In this document: positions 1-10,539 of the stretch, piece by piece
Layout of the letters: every line of letters starts with the position of its first letter
Position numbering within the stretch: the first letter of the stretch is position 1
Source of the DNA: a virus
Taxonomy: Duplodnaviria; Caudoviricetes
Length of the DNA: 54,150 bases
Strand: one strand, 5' to 3'
Virus record (IMG/VR): IMGVR_UViG_3300027752_000024
Span: 1 to 54,150 of that record
The notes under the pieces: generated by a model
The model's input: only the letters and a program-made list of their open reading frames with translations
The model's database searches: none
What the model was told of the DNA's origin: nothing
Program-made: the position numbers and the translations under genes

Positions 1-932
1 AAGAACTGGTATAGTTTTATATCATCTGCAGGTAAACCGTGCATATGTAATGTATGGAATACGTGTTCAATAACTTCTTGTGCGTCTATATCGCCATCGC
101 CATAACCGTCACCTGTTGAATTTAAGTACCAAACCATATCATTTTGTACGTGAGTATCAAACAAGGTTGTTAGGTTCCAATCAACAACACCTTGGTCAGT
201 TAAGAAGTTAGGAGTATAATCAGCACCGGCACCTCTTGCTACTCTTTGTATAGTTGGAAGTCCTGCGTGATAAGTTCCTGTGTCACCACTTAATGTTTTA
301 ATTAAATTTCGTTGGAATGATGTATTAATACCTGCACCGGTTGGATCAGTAAACAGCTCAAACATACGTGCTACTTTTTCTAGCCATGCATCCGGAACTG
401 CTGTTTGCCCACCTACTGTGCCAGCGCCCATAATTCTTACACCGTTGGTTGTAACTTCACGTTTGAAGAAATCACTGCCATTACCAGTAACATTGCTAAT
501 TGCTCCGTTGTTGTATTCTGGATCAGCTTCTGCTGCGCCTACAACTTTACTTTCGTAAATGCCCCACTCGGTATTCAATGTGTCGACCCAGTATTGATTT
601 CTAAAACTTCTTGTTAGACCTAGGTCGCCTTCGGGTGTTTCCCATACAGGCACATCTGCACCTTCTACGTTTATTGTAAATGTTCTGTCTGCTATGCCTT
701 CTAAGTTGCTGGCTCTTACAACAAATTCAAATGTTGTAGATTTACTTACTTCAACAGCAACTCCCTTTATTCTATAGTTTTCTATTCTTAATCCAGTAGG
801 TAAAGCACCAGAAATAATAGTTACTGTTATTCCGTCTGTGCTTTGTAAAGGTAGCTCGATGTTAACATCTGTTCTTTCATCAATATCCGCAAGTTGTGAC
901 CCTGATATTATGGTCCAGTTTGGTAATGCCAT
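1..932 (-). CDS. Virion structural protein, 3' end outside the window. N-terminal Ig-like (He_PIG-type) domain followed by a possible Zn-binding domain
   Basis: Missing from the ORF track because it runs off the window. Manual translation from ATG at 932 (GGAG RBS upstream) gives MALPNWTIISGSQLADIDERT...ISGALPTGLRI...FEFVVRASN...DRTFTINVEG...EVIEHVFHTLHMHG, open to position 1. Confidence 0.75.
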   Translation of the reverse strand, partial: MALPNWTIISGSQLADIDERTDVNIELPLQSTDGITVTIISGALPTGLRIENYRIKGVAVEVSKSTTFEFVVRASNLEGIADRTFTINVEGADVPVWETPEGDLGLTRSFRNQYWVDTLNTEWGIYESKVVGAAEADPEYNNGAISNVTGNGSDFFKREVTTNGVRIMGAGTVGGQTAVPDAWLEKVARMFELFTDPTGAGINTSFQRNLIKTLSGDTGTYHAGLPTIQRVARGAGADYTPNFLTDQGVVDWNLTTLFDTHVQNDMVWYLNSTGDGYGDGDIDAQEVIEHVFHTLHMHGLPADDIKLYQF

Positions 933-942
933 TAAACTCCCC

Positions 943-1647
943 TTACATGACTTCTACGAATGTATTTGCACTATTTCCAAACTCTGCACCACTAGCACTT
1001 TCTACAAAAGTTGCAGCAGCGGATCCAAAATCAACATCAGTTGTATTTAAAATGTAATCTATTATACTAGTTCTGTTACTAATAATATCTCCAAAATCCC
1101 ATGCAAATGCTTCTTCAAGTTCTTGTATAGTAATGTTATTGATTGCTGTAAGATTTGTAATAGCGTTATTATCTGCATCTAAGTTTGCACTCAATGCCGG
1201 AGCAGTTTCTCTTGATAGCTGACTGTCTATTACTATTTTATTTGGAGTTCCTGTAACAACTGTTGCCCTTGCAGCCTCTGTTCCTTCAACTGTGATATAT
1301 TGATCAACCGGAGTAGAAATGCTAGTAGTACCATCTGTAAATCTAGTGTATGCCTGTGTACTAGCTAGATAAATGTTGTTACCGTCATCACTGAGCCTAA
1401 TACTCATTGTATCTGGAACTAGTGGATCGACCAACAGTTTTCTAAACTGGAACACATTATTAGGTGCTTCGGTTGCAAATACTCCATAACCTGCATCGCC
1501 AATGTTTTCAGCAGTAATATCTGTAACACCTAATACTCTTAAATCCAAGTCATCAAAGTTTTGATTGACCTTAATAAATGCTTCTCTTAGGTCATCTCCT
1601 GTGCCGTCATTGGCAAGTAATCCTACGTTGATATCTTGAATAGCCAT
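943..1647 (-). CDS. Baseplate/fibre-associated structural protein with T4 gp9/gp10-like N-terminus
   Basis: N-terminus MAIQDINVGLLANDGTGDDLREAFIKVNQNF resembles the T4 gp10 start (INIG..DDGTGD.LR....KIN.NF). GGAG RBS and ATAAATA motif upstream. Confidence 0.75.
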   Translation of the reverse strand: MAIQDINVGLLANDGTGDDLREAFIKVNQNFDDLDLRVLGVTDITAENIGDAGYGVFATEAPNNVFQFRKLLVDPLVPDTMSIRLSDDGNNIYLASTQAYTRFTDGTTSISTPVDQYITVEGTEAARATVVTGTPNKIVIDSQLSRETAPALSANLDADNNAITNLTAINNITIQELEEAFAWDFGDIISNRTSIIDYILNTTDVDFGSAAATFVESASGAEFGNSANTFVEVM

Positions 1648-1665
1648 ATTAGTCTCCGTTTTTAA

Positions 1666-1672
1666 TATTTAT
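1666..1672 (-). promoter_or_regulatory. T4-like late promoter motif (ATAAATA)
   Basis: ATAAATA on the minus strand just upstream of structural gene 943..1647. The same motif recurs before many genes in the window. Confidence 0.6.
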
Positions 1673-1681
1673 GATAAAAAC

Positions 1682-3073
1682 TTACCATAAGGCACGCCAT
1701 TGTGAACTGTCCCAAACATAAGCTGTACTATCGCCCGCGTTTATATACATTTCGCCAAACGACGGGTTTGCAGGTTTATTTGCATCTTCAAAATATGGTA
1801 TGATCATGCCCGGTTGCCCTGCAGCGCCAGTTCCTGGCCCGCCGATGATATACGTTGTATCAGTACCGCCAGCGTTGCCAGCAAATCCATCATCGGTAGA
1901 TCTGAAATACATACCAAAGTCATTTGACCACAAATCTCCAGGATTTGGACTAGCAGGAATAATACCACTAAAGTTTATAACACCGTTTGTAATCTGTACG
2001 CCACTACCAACTGGTGAGTCTAATGCTAAGAATCCTGTAGCAGCTTGAACAAGCGGTGTAGATACTCTAGTTGTTGCGATTACTACTGCGCCTGATAAGT
2101 TTGCTCCAGCAGTTATATTTCCATTAGTAGCAGTAATAGCACCATTGGTTGTTGTAAAGTTACCATTAGTTGATGTAATAGCAGTTAGAATATCTATTGT
2201 TTCGCTATCTAACAACTTTAATGAGTTGGTTAATGCAGATCCAATGTTTTGTGTTATTCCTGCAACTTCAATGCTAACACTTGAAGTTGCTCCACGTGCA
2301 GTTACAGTTTCTAATGTATCTGTTTCTGCTGTTAATAATCCAGTATCGTCGAATGATAATGTAACTTGCCCGGTGGCGATGGACCCATCTATTCGTCCAG
2401 TAGTAATAATATCACCTTGTTGTAAAAAGTTGTTGGTATCCAAGTATGTTGCATTAACAAAGTTACTGTCATTGACTAAATCACTTACGTTTGCAGGAAT
2501 AACCGGCGGAGTATATGTAAATACACCTGTAGCATCATTATAACCTAAACTACCTGTACCGCTTGCTGGATTGGTTGTTGCAGATAATGATTGCCTAACT
2601 TGGGTTATGTTTAACCCACCTGCATTTGGAATTGAACGCCATTCTACGCCGTTCCAACTGAGGATATCGTTTTCATCTGGATCAGGCACGCCAACATCAC
2701 CAATGTCGTTAAGACTGGCAACAACATTACTAATAACCGGTTTGTTTTTAATAAATGCTAAACTTCCTGTATCTGCTATGTTCCAATCACTCTGTACTGG
2801 AGAAGCATACGCTGCACCATTAATCGACCCTGAAACAGTTAATGATGTTATAGTTGCACTACCTAGTGTTGTAACGCCAGTAACGTTTAATGTGCCACCT
2901 AGCGACACATTACCTGTAGTAGCTATTGTACTACTGCTCAATGACCCGCCTACACTTAAACTAGTTAGGTTAGCAATGCCAACACTTGAAAAATCCAATG
3001 AGTCACCACTGGGGATTTCTTTTAGTCTATTACCGTCTTCGGTGTCTACTATTAGTGGAAATCTATTTGCCAT
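1682..3073 (-). CDS. Tail fibre-like structural protein
   Basis: Gly/Thr/Ser-rich beta-repeat composition, with QSDWN..AFIKNKP and LNDIGDV motifs typical of phage fibre proteins. Lies among structural genes. Confidence 0.65.
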   Translation of the reverse strand: MANRFPLIVDTEDGNRLKEIPSGDSLDFSSVGIANLTSLSVGGSLSSSTIATTGNVSLGGTLNVTGVTTLGSATITSLTVSGSINGAAYASPVQSDWNIADTGSLAFIKNKPVISNVVASLNDIGDVGVPDPDENDILSWNGVEWRSIPNAGGLNITQVRQSLSATTNPASGTGSLGYNDATGVFTYTPPVIPANVSDLVNDSNFVNATYLDTNNFLQQGDIITTGRIDGSIATGQVTLSFDDTGLLTAETDTLETVTARGATSSVSIEVAGITQNIGSALTNSLKLLDSETIDILTAITSTNGNFTTTNGAITATNGNITAGANLSGAVVIATTRVSTPLVQAATGFLALDSPVGSGVQITNGVINFSGIIPASPNPGDLWSNDFGMYFRSTDDGFAGNAGGTDTTYIIGGPGTGAAGQPGMIIPYFEDANKPANPSFGEMYINAGDSTAYVWDSSQWRALW

Positions 3074-3108
3074 TCTTTTATCCTATTGTTTTGTATATTT
3101 ATCGTATT

Positions 3109-3408
3109 TTACAATGCTGCTATTCTTGCTTTAAATGCAGCGAAATCTGCACTTGCTGCTACTTCAGTTTGCAATGTTGCAATACTAATATATCCTGGTA
3201 TAATGCCGTTTACAGCGTCTACAAGTAATGTACTATCATCTGCAAACACACTGCCTTTGATATCAGTGTTGACTTGTCCATCTGCTAATCCTGCAATGTC
3301 TGCATAAACTTCTGTAAAGTTTTCATTGATTTTTATCATAGCTGTGCGGAGGGGATCACCCCCTCCACTGTTTACTGCTGTGCCTACGTTAATAGTTTGC
3401 TTTGCCAT
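3109..3408 (-). CDS. Small structural protein with gp9/gp10-like N-terminus
   Basis: MAKQTINVGTAVNSGGGDPLRTAMIKINENFTEVY. Start overlaps the stop of the upstream gene (TAATG). Confidence 0.7.
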   Translation of the reverse strand: MAKQTINVGTAVNSGGGDPLRTAMIKINENFTEVYADIAGLADGQVNTDIKGSVFADDSTLLVDAVNGIIPGYISIATLQTEVAASADFAAFKARIAAL

Positions 3409-6400
3409 TATACTCTTCCTACTACTACTTCGACAACACCACGATCGTCGTTGTCTTTTGTTCCAACTGCCTTACCAATAACTTGGCCAACACCTGGTGT
3501 GTTATTAACAATGGCATAACCAGCAACAGCACTTGTAACAAGCATATCACCTTTGCGTACTTTGCCAATCACTTTGCATGGAACTCGTCCTTGCAATGCT
3601 ACACCCACAACGTGTTCGCCTTGTAATGCACTGTTCATCAAGTGTGCTGGATTGGTTGTTACAACACCAGCTGCTCTAGTATCACCTTTTGTAGTACACG
3701 CAGTAACTTCTTCATCACCGCCAAACACTAGTACTGTTCCTGGTGCATATGCTGCATCGCCTAAATAGTTTTCTGCAAGGTCAGCATATAGTGCAGCAGT
3801 TGCTTCACCATTGAATGTTGTAGCCCAAACGGTGTTGTATCTGTTGCCGGTTGCACCAATGCTTACACCGTTGTTTGCGCCGCTGTTTACAGGACCTATA
3901 ATGTTACCAGTGTGTGTAATACTACCAGTTATGTTGATACCAACTGTACCGGAAATAGTTCCGCTTGCAAATGTTAAGCCAGTTAATCCTGCTAAACTTG
4001 TTGACGTTGCTCCAAGTGCAACAGTTGTTGTACCAACTGTAACACTACTGTTTGCTAGTTCAGTGTTTGAAACACCACCTGCTTTAATACCAACCCATCC
4101 ATCTGTAATTTCAAAGTTAGCACTATCAAAACTTGCTAATCCGCTCAATGCTTGCTTTGCGGCAGCAGTTCCAGTTGGCGCACTTGCTGTAGCAGTTGCT
4201 AAATTCATCAGCAACTTGCTTTGTGCAATCGCAGCACTAGCATTAACATCGCCGTCAACAATAACACCACTACTAATACTTGCTGTGATAGTGTTACCAG
4301 ATGTGTAAGTAAGTCCAATGTCTCCGTCTACTGCAACGTTTACAGTTTCTTGAGCTGTACCTGTGAATGCCAATAGTTGACTTAATACTGTGCCACCTGT
4401 ACCAGTAATAGTTACATCACCAATATCATTTAACTCATCTGTTTTTTGATCTACGTATTGTTTTGTTACAGCATCGCTTGAAGCAGTTGGAGTACCCAAG
4501 TTAGTAACACGGTTACTACCCAAGTTCATATCACTGTTCATTATAGTGTCACTAAAGCCCGGCCCACCTAGTGACATAACACCTGGACCAATAGTTACTC
4601 CGCCAACAGCGCCATCTCTATCAAAGCCTAAACGTGCATCGATATAGCCTTCTGTTGCTGTTTGTGTTGGTACTGCATCGCCTTTAGCATCAGTAAACGT
4701 ATCGTCGTTGCTAAACTCGTTAACACGCACACCACGCTTAAATCCAATACCATCAATGTTTGTAAGAACAAGTGCAGCATTAAATGTAACGCTACCAGTA
4801 CCTTGGTCAACTGTAAAGAATCTACCTACACGGAAGAAACCGTCTTGGTCTGTCATAACAGTAAACACTCGACCTTTGCTACGCTCTTGTACTTGTGCTG
4901 CACTTGCATTACCTGTGCTGTCAATAGCATCGTTTGTACTAACTGGATCAAATCCGTATGGTGAACCGTAAATACGCTCTGGATAGTTACTGGTGTTAAA
5001 TCCACCTGTACCAATGTCAAGCATATCGTGTCCTGTTGCACGACATGTACTGATGTTTACAGTAATCTCTGCTGCCTCGCCGCTGGAAAGACCTAGCTTT
5101 AATGTAATGCCTGCACCGTTTAACAATGTCTTACCAAGACCTCCGTATGCACTACCACTCAGTGCTGGCCAGTTAACATCTGTGCCGGCAACATCTGAAA
5201 TCTGTAATACAGCAACATCTTTTGAGCCTGCGCCACCTGTGTATGCATATTCTGCATATGCATCAACTTGATGTGTTTTGCCGCCCCATGTAAAGATCAT
5301 ATCAGCATTTGCAATACGTGCTTGTTCTTGATCATCTAACTTGTTGATTATAATAAATCTACTACCGTCTGCACTATTTGTTGCAGCAGTGTTACCCATT
5401 GTGATAGTTCCACTTGGAGTAACTGCACCAACAATGTCTGTGTAGTTTGGATCTACAGTACTGTTAAGATTAAAGAAGTTTTCAGTTGCAGTAATCACAC
5501 TTTGTTCAACAGTTAAGTCTGTGTATCTAAAGTTACTATCAAATGTAACCATACGCTGATCTGTGCCTGTAGTAACACCATCTGTGATTTGATTGTTAAA
5601 CGAAATAGTACGATATACATATTCTGTAGTATCTTGTGTGAAGATAAACGCAGTACTTGGACGTACAGGTATCTCTTCAGCTGGGAAGTTGTCTAGCAAG
5701 AAGTTTTGCTTGTGACGTACTACAAGTTTTGTATCGTGATTGGTATTTTCTTGCAATCCATTTGATGCAGTTCCTTCTAATCCTGTACCAAAGTTGAATC
5801 TCCAAACTTTACCACTTAGTACCGGAGTACTAGAATCGTATCTTGGAGTACCTGCTACAGTTGCAGTACCAATAGTTCCGCTGTTAACATCTGTAATAGT
5901 TACTGTACAATCGTTTGCAGTAGTTGCACCACCTAACAATGTACCAGGAATAATAATTGTTTCACCAATTGTTGCGCCTGTGCCGCCACTGGTAATATTA
6001 ATGCCGTATCCGTTTGTTCTATCTTTGGTTATTTGTAAAACTGCATCGTCAGCAGTGTATGTGCCTGTAAGGCCTGCTGCACTACTTGTATCAATCTCAT
6101 ATGCACCTAGTGTAAAAGATGCATTACTTGTGTTTGTCATTTCATACGGTTGATACAATCCTGTAGCGTGTAAGATTTCAACTTCCGACACGTTGTTTGG
6201 ATATTCTTTTAAATCATATGCATACATAAACAATGCATTTACTGGTGCATCTAGATCTTTTGCTGTGACTGTTGCCGGAATACCAACATTAGTACTTGTA
6301 CCTGTTGTAATTCTACCTGTTGTATTAAATGTACCTGTTGTAGTATGCACATATATTCTAGTAGGATTGGCTGAGCCATTTTCTTCACCAGTGAAACTTA

Positions 6401-9400
6401 ATATACCTGTAGCATTTGCTGCTCTTGTTGCAACGCCGCCACTTGTGTATGCAGTGTCGCCGCTGGAGTCATAAGCAGTTGCAAGTCCTACATCTGTATA
6501 CAATGTAAAGGTATTAACGTCCTGTACATCTACATAGAACTGCAAATCATTTAGTTCTGTCATTCCGACAATGCCGGATATCGTAACTAGATCTGCATTT
6601 GTTAGATTGTGTCCAGTTGCAGTAACTGATGCTGGACTTGCTTGTGTAACAGCAGTAATAGTTGCATTAATCAAGCCTTGTATAAGTGTCTGTCCTACAG
6701 TGATAGCACCACTAGTTGGAACAGCAGCGGCAAAGTCTAAGTATCCATCTGCTCTAAATGTCTTGGCAGGGAATACCATGTCGGCTCCGAGTGTAACATC
6801 TGTAGCAACTTCATCAGGGTCAGCGCCTTCTGCAACTAGACCATAGATACCGTAACTGTTGTTACCGCCTAAACTTCTAATCTGTGATCCGTCTAGTGCA
6901 AGATAACCAGTATGGCAATAATATGTAAACATACTAACAAGTTCTGCTAATCCGTTGTTTACTGCAATAGCACCAAACCCTAAATCGTTGACTTGTGTAA
7001 AGTCGTTTGCAAGCATACTTCTGTTGCCGCCGCTTTGTGCGAAGATATCAATACCTGTACCTGCAAGCCAACCTTGTCCTTCGACAAATGTACGTGTAAT
7101 GCCACCGCCGGTGTACGAACTAAATGCTGAAGTATTATATCCAGCAGTTAATGCACTATCAGTGTACAGTTCAACTTGTTTTGGATCTGCTGTTGTTTTA
7201 ACATATAATGTTGCACTGTTAATCTGCACCATTCCGTTGACATTACTAATAGTAACTCTATCGCTGTTGGAGTAGTTGTGATTTTCAATAGTGGTCATTA
7301 CAGCAGTTGTTGCTTGTGAAATATCGTCAATAGTACGTGATGTACTATCACTAGGATTGCTAGTTTCGTTTAAAACAAGTGTTGCTGTACCTGCCGCTTT
7401 ATTATAGTCTGTGATTGTATTAACTTGATATCTTGACCCCTGGTGGAAGAACGGGAATGGTGTAGGAGGTCTACGTACAAACAATCCTTCTCCTGCCGGT
7501 GAACTAACATCTATACTAAATGCACTATTTACAGTATCAACTGTCATTGGCATGTTACCTGCATAACCATCAATAAGCAATCCACCTGCAAAGTTTCTGT
7601 TTGTGCCTTTTGACTGTGAGAAACTTGAACCTGTTTGGCAGTATGGCGAACGTGTTAGTATTTGACCTTCAGGATCAAGTACCATCATAAATCCGCCCTG
7701 TCTTTGAACAGTGATGTTTCTTACGATTGTAGCATCGTTACATAGGAACACATCCATTTCGCTGTTGTTTAGTGGTGGTCTATATGTTACATTAAATGCA
7801 AATGCAATACAGTTAACCAATGCTTGACCATTTGTTAGTGCAGCAGCTTCCGCTGTGTAATCAATATCAAATACTTGATCAACTGCACCTAGTTTTGCAA
7901 AAGGTGATCCAGAGTCATTAGCTAGTACACTTGTCATAAGTGTGCTTATATTTGTAATAGCTGCGGCAGTTTCTGTTTCTTGTCCTGCAACTGCTCCTGT
8001 ATAATATGCGCCTTGATTAGTAAGAGACTGCTCTCTACCGCCCACACGCAAATCATTTACAATACCGTCAATGATTAATCCAGTGTCTCTACGACACTTT
8101 GTTTCACTGTATGTCAACGATGGATATGTTGCATCAACATACTGTATTGTTTCTTCAATAAGGAATGCTTTATTAAGTTCAATAAGTCTAGCAGCTTGTG
8201 TAAACTTACCAGGGTTACTAATAGCATCTGTACCGACTACAATCTCATCCTCTGGAACGGCTGCATAGTGATAACCGTATTTTCCTTGCTTGCTACTAAT
8301 AGGATGCGTAAATGTATGTCCGCCGCCTGTGGTAGTAATATTAAATGTTAGGTTAGCGCCACCTCCTGCACCAAGTTTACTATCATTGATTATAATAGTT
8401 TCGCCTACAATAAACCCATCGCCTCCTGTGGTAATAGATACTGTTGCAGTGCCGCCGGAAGTTATAATAACTTGGAAAGTTGCATCCTGTCCTGCTCCAG
8501 AAGTACTATAGTCATCTGTACCAATCTGGTATGTGCCTAGTGTACGTGCCGCATCTGCTGCTGACACACTGCCAAATCCAGTAGCTGGAGAATACGCTGA
8601 TATCAAACTGTCTGTGATAACGTCTCTATAGAACCACGTCGATGCCCACTTACTTTGTGATACACCTGGCTTTGGACGAACAACACAACGTCTAAACTCG
8701 TCACCTTTGATACTTACGTTTTCAGGCAACTTAATAGGAAGATGCTCGTAGTAAATACCTGATTCAAGTCTTACAGTGATTTGGTTGTTGCGTGTTTTAT
8801 TACCAAACTCAAGTTCTTCGCCTGCAATAAACTCAATAGGTTCAACCAAGTCAACTGTAACTGCATCAGTTGTAACACTATTAGTTCTAGTATAGTTTGT
8901 AATAATACCTTTGGCACCTGACAGTTTGCCAACAATAACCTTACCTTCGATAAGATCCGGATTGCCTTCAATGCCTTGGTCTACTGCATCGTTTGTACCG
9001 TTTGTAAATGTAAATGTATAACCAGTACCTGTTGCAGCTAGTGCAACATCAGTGTCTTGTAAAATATCAATGATTTCATTGAATCGATTTGTGTAAGCAG
9101 TAATAACGCCTGCAGAAACAGTACCTGGAGTTGCAGTGTTTGCTTCAGCAAACGCATTAAGAACTCGTGCTTTAACTACTGCAACAGCAGCTTGTGTTTC
9201 AGCACCTTGCTCAACCTTTGCTTTAATAGCACTAGGACTTGCATTATATCTCTGTCCTGCCCAACGTGTTAAGTAGTTAACAGTAGTACCTGCTTGTACA
9301 TCTAAACGCACAGCATCAATCATAAGTTTTACATCACGTTGACACAACGTTTGATTATAAGTTAGATCAGGATAGGTAACTGCAAGATAATCAACTACAA

Positions 9401-10523
9401 ACTCTTGTATAGCATTAACATTAGCTACTGCTATATTACTAGCAGCAACAGCAGTAGAAGGAGGACTTGAATATCCAGCAATACCGTCAATGATACTGTT
9501 TACTTCTCCGTCGTTGTATGTTACAGTTTGTACATACGGCCCTGGTTCAAATGGTGTAGCTTCGATGATTTGTTCTGCTTTACGCATTGCAGCATTAATA
9601 GTTCTATAAGCATACTGCTGACTTCTACCTTCTTGTCCTGCTGGTGAAACAGTTTGGTTATCATCGCCTGTTGTAGTAACATAAATGTTGGTCGAACTTG
9701 CATAACCTTGTGTATCAACGTACAGTTTTGTAACAGCTTGTAAATCGTCTTTGCCATTTGGCTGTCCAAAGCCTTCGAGTGGACTCGGATGGTCGGCTAG
9801 ATAAAGTGTGTCCAGCATTGTACGATTTGCTTCAGTGCCGGCTCTAGTAATAACTTCCTGTGTTTGAGGAACTTGTGTACCTGTTGCACCTGATGGAACT
9901 GACAATGCACCTGTTAAAGTATCACCTGATACGTTTACATATGTGTCGTCGGCAAAGCCTTTACTAATAACAACATTGTCAGTTGAGATAGCTGCTGCAC
10001 CAGGGTGTGTTGCTGCCCAGTTAGCCACAAGTGTATCAATGTCATCCCCTGCGCCAGTATTTCTTAGTTTTGTATTAATACCGTTACTGTATCCAATCAC
10101 AGCTTCCATATTTAATGGAGCAGTTAAGTTTGGATCTGGATCTCTACTAATATGAGGATCGTTAATAATGATTTTAAGTGTGCCGCTTTGATCTGGCGTA
10201 GATGGATCAACATCGTCAAACTCTACGATAACACTATTATTATTTGTGTTTACTAAATCTCCAGCTGCATTACTGTTTGCATCACTAATAAACTTATAAA
10301 AGTTTAACCCAGTTTCTGTAGAGTTAACTGCTGGAATTGCACCAGTATTACCTAAATACGAATCAGGAGTATCGTCAATATTTTTAAATGATATTGCGCC
10401 GCCGAGACCAAATACAGCATATAGTTCAGTAAAGTTTGTATTTACTTTTTTGAAACTTTCTCTAATACTATCGCCGGTGCCGTCATTGCCCTCGATACCA
10501 ATATCAACGTCTTGTCTTGCCAT
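3408..10523 (-). CDS. Giant (2371 aa) tail fibre/baseplate protein. gp10-like N-terminus, internal repeats, C-terminal chaperone/autocleavage-like domain
   Basis: Starts MARQDVDIGIEGNDGTGDSIRESFKKVNTNFTELY. Contains duplicated internal modules. C-terminal ALYADLAENY...GVVTTNPAHLMN...VALQGRVPCKV...KGDMLVTS is typical of phage fibre C-terminal chaperone domains. Confidence 0.8.
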   Translation of the reverse strand: MARQDVDIGIEGNDGTGDSIRESFKKVNTNFTELYAVFGLGGAISFKNIDDTPDSYLGNTGAIPAVNSTETGLNFYKFISDANSNAAGDLVNTNNNSVIVEFDDVDPSTPDQSGTLKIIINDPHISRDPDPNLTAPLNMEAVIGYSNGINTKLRNTGAGDDIDTLVANWAATHPGAAAISTDNVVISKGFADDTYVNVSGDTLTGALSVPSGATGTQVPQTQEVITRAGTEANRTMLDTLYLADHPSPLEGFGQPNGKDDLQAVTKLYVDTQGYASSTNIYVTTTGDDNQTVSPAGQEGRSQQYAYRTINAAMRKAEQIIEATPFEPGPYVQTVTYNDGEVNSIIDGIAGYSSPPSTAVAASNIAVANVNAIQEFVVDYLAVTYPDLTYNQTLCQRDVKLMIDAVRLDVQAGTTVNYLTRWAGQRYNASPSAIKAKVEQGAETQAAVAVVKARVLNAFAEANTATPGTVSAGVITAYTNRFNEIIDILQDTDVALAATGTGYTFTFTNGTNDAVDQGIEGNPDLIEGKVIVGKLSGAKGIITNYTRTNSVTTDAVTVDLVEPIEFIAGEELEFGNKTRNNQITVRLESGIYYEHLPIKLPENVSIKGDEFRRCVVRPKPGVSQSKWASTWFYRDVITDSLISAYSPATGFGSVSAADAARTLGTYQIGTDDYSTSGAGQDATFQVIITSGGTATVSITTGGDGFIVGETIIINDSKLGAGGGANLTFNITTTGGGHTFTHPISSKQGKYGYHYAAVPEDEIVVGTDAISNPGKFTQAARLIELNKAFLIEETIQYVDATYPSLTYSETKCRRDTGLIIDGIVNDLRVGGREQSLTNQGAYYTGAVAGQETETAAAITNISTLMTSVLANDSGSPFAKLGAVDQVFDIDYTAEAAALTNGQALVNCIAFAFNVTYRPPLNNSEMDVFLCNDATIVRNITVQRQGGFMMVLDPEGQILTRSPYCQTGSSFSQSKGTNRNFAGGLLIDGYAGNMPMTVDTVNSAFSIDVSSPAGEGLFVRRPPTPFPFFHQGSRYQVNTITDYNKAAGTATLVLNETSNPSDSTSRTIDDISQATTAVMTTIENHNYSNSDRVTISNVNGMVQINSATLYVKTTADPKQVELYTDSALTAGYNTSAFSSYTGGGITRTFVEGQGWLAGTGIDIFAQSGGNRSMLANDFTQVNDLGFGAIAVNNGLAELVSMFTYYCHTGYLALDGSQIRSLGGNNSYGIYGLVAEGADPDEVATDVTLGADMVFPAKTFRADGYLDFAAAVPTSGAITVGQTLIQGLINATITAVTQASPASVTATGHNLTNADLVTISGIVGMTELNDLQFYVDVQDVNTFTLYTDVGLATAYDSSGDTAYTSGGVATRAANATGILSFTGEENGSANPTRIYVHTTTGTFNTTGRITTGTSTNVGIPATVTAKDLDAPVNALFMYAYDLKEYPNNVSEVEILHATGLYQPYEMTNTSNASFTLGAYEIDTSSAAGLTGTYTADDAVLQITKDRTNGYGINITSGGTGATIGETIIIPGTLLGGATTANDCTVTITDVNSGTIGTATVAGTPRYDSSTPVLSGKVWRFNFGTGLEGTASNGLQENTNHDTKLVVRHKQNFLLDNFPAEEIPVRPSTAFIFTQDTTEYVYRTISFNNQITDGVTTGTDQRMVTFDSNFRYTDLTVEQSVITATENFFNLNSTVDPNYTDIVGAVTPSGTITMGNTAATNSADGSRFIIINKLDDQEQARIANADMIFTWGGKTHQVDAYAEYAYTGGAGSKDVAVLQISDVAGTDVNWPALSGSAYGGLGKTLLNGAGITLKLGLSSGEAAEITVNISTCRATGHDMLDIGTGGFNTSNYPERIYGSPYGFDPVSTNDAIDSTGNASAAQVQERSKGRVFTVMTDQDGFFRVGRFFTVDQGTGSVTFNAALVLTNIDGIGFKRGVRVNEFSNDDTFTDAKGDAVPTQTATEGYIDARLGFDRDGAVGGVTIGPGVMSLGGPGFSDTIMNSDMNLGSNRVTNLGTPTASSDAVTKQYVDQKTDELNDIGDVTITGTGGTVLSQLLAFTGTAQETVNVAVDGDIGLTYTSGNTITASISSGVIVDGDVNASAAIAQSKLLMNLATATASAPTGTAAAKQALSGLASFDSANFEITDGWVGIKAGGVSNTELANSSVTVGTTTVALGATSTSLAGLTGLTFASGTISGTVGINITGSITHTGNIIGPVNSGANNGVSIGATGNRYNTVWATTFNGEATAALYADLAENYLGDAAYAPGTVLVFGGDEEVTACTTKGDTRAAGVVTTNPAHLMNSALQGEHVVGVALQGRVPCKVIGKVRKGDMLVTSAVAGYAIVNNTPGVGQVIGKAVGTKDNDDRGVVEVVVGRV

Positions 10524-10539
10524 TCTTAAATCTCCATTA

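Noticed and set aside
280-10155. Many plus-strand ORFs of 60-190 aa opposite the structural genes (for example 2571..3134 and 3811..4308)
   Set aside because: They are antisense shadows of long minus-strand genes with biased codons, and have no RBS or recognisable motifs.
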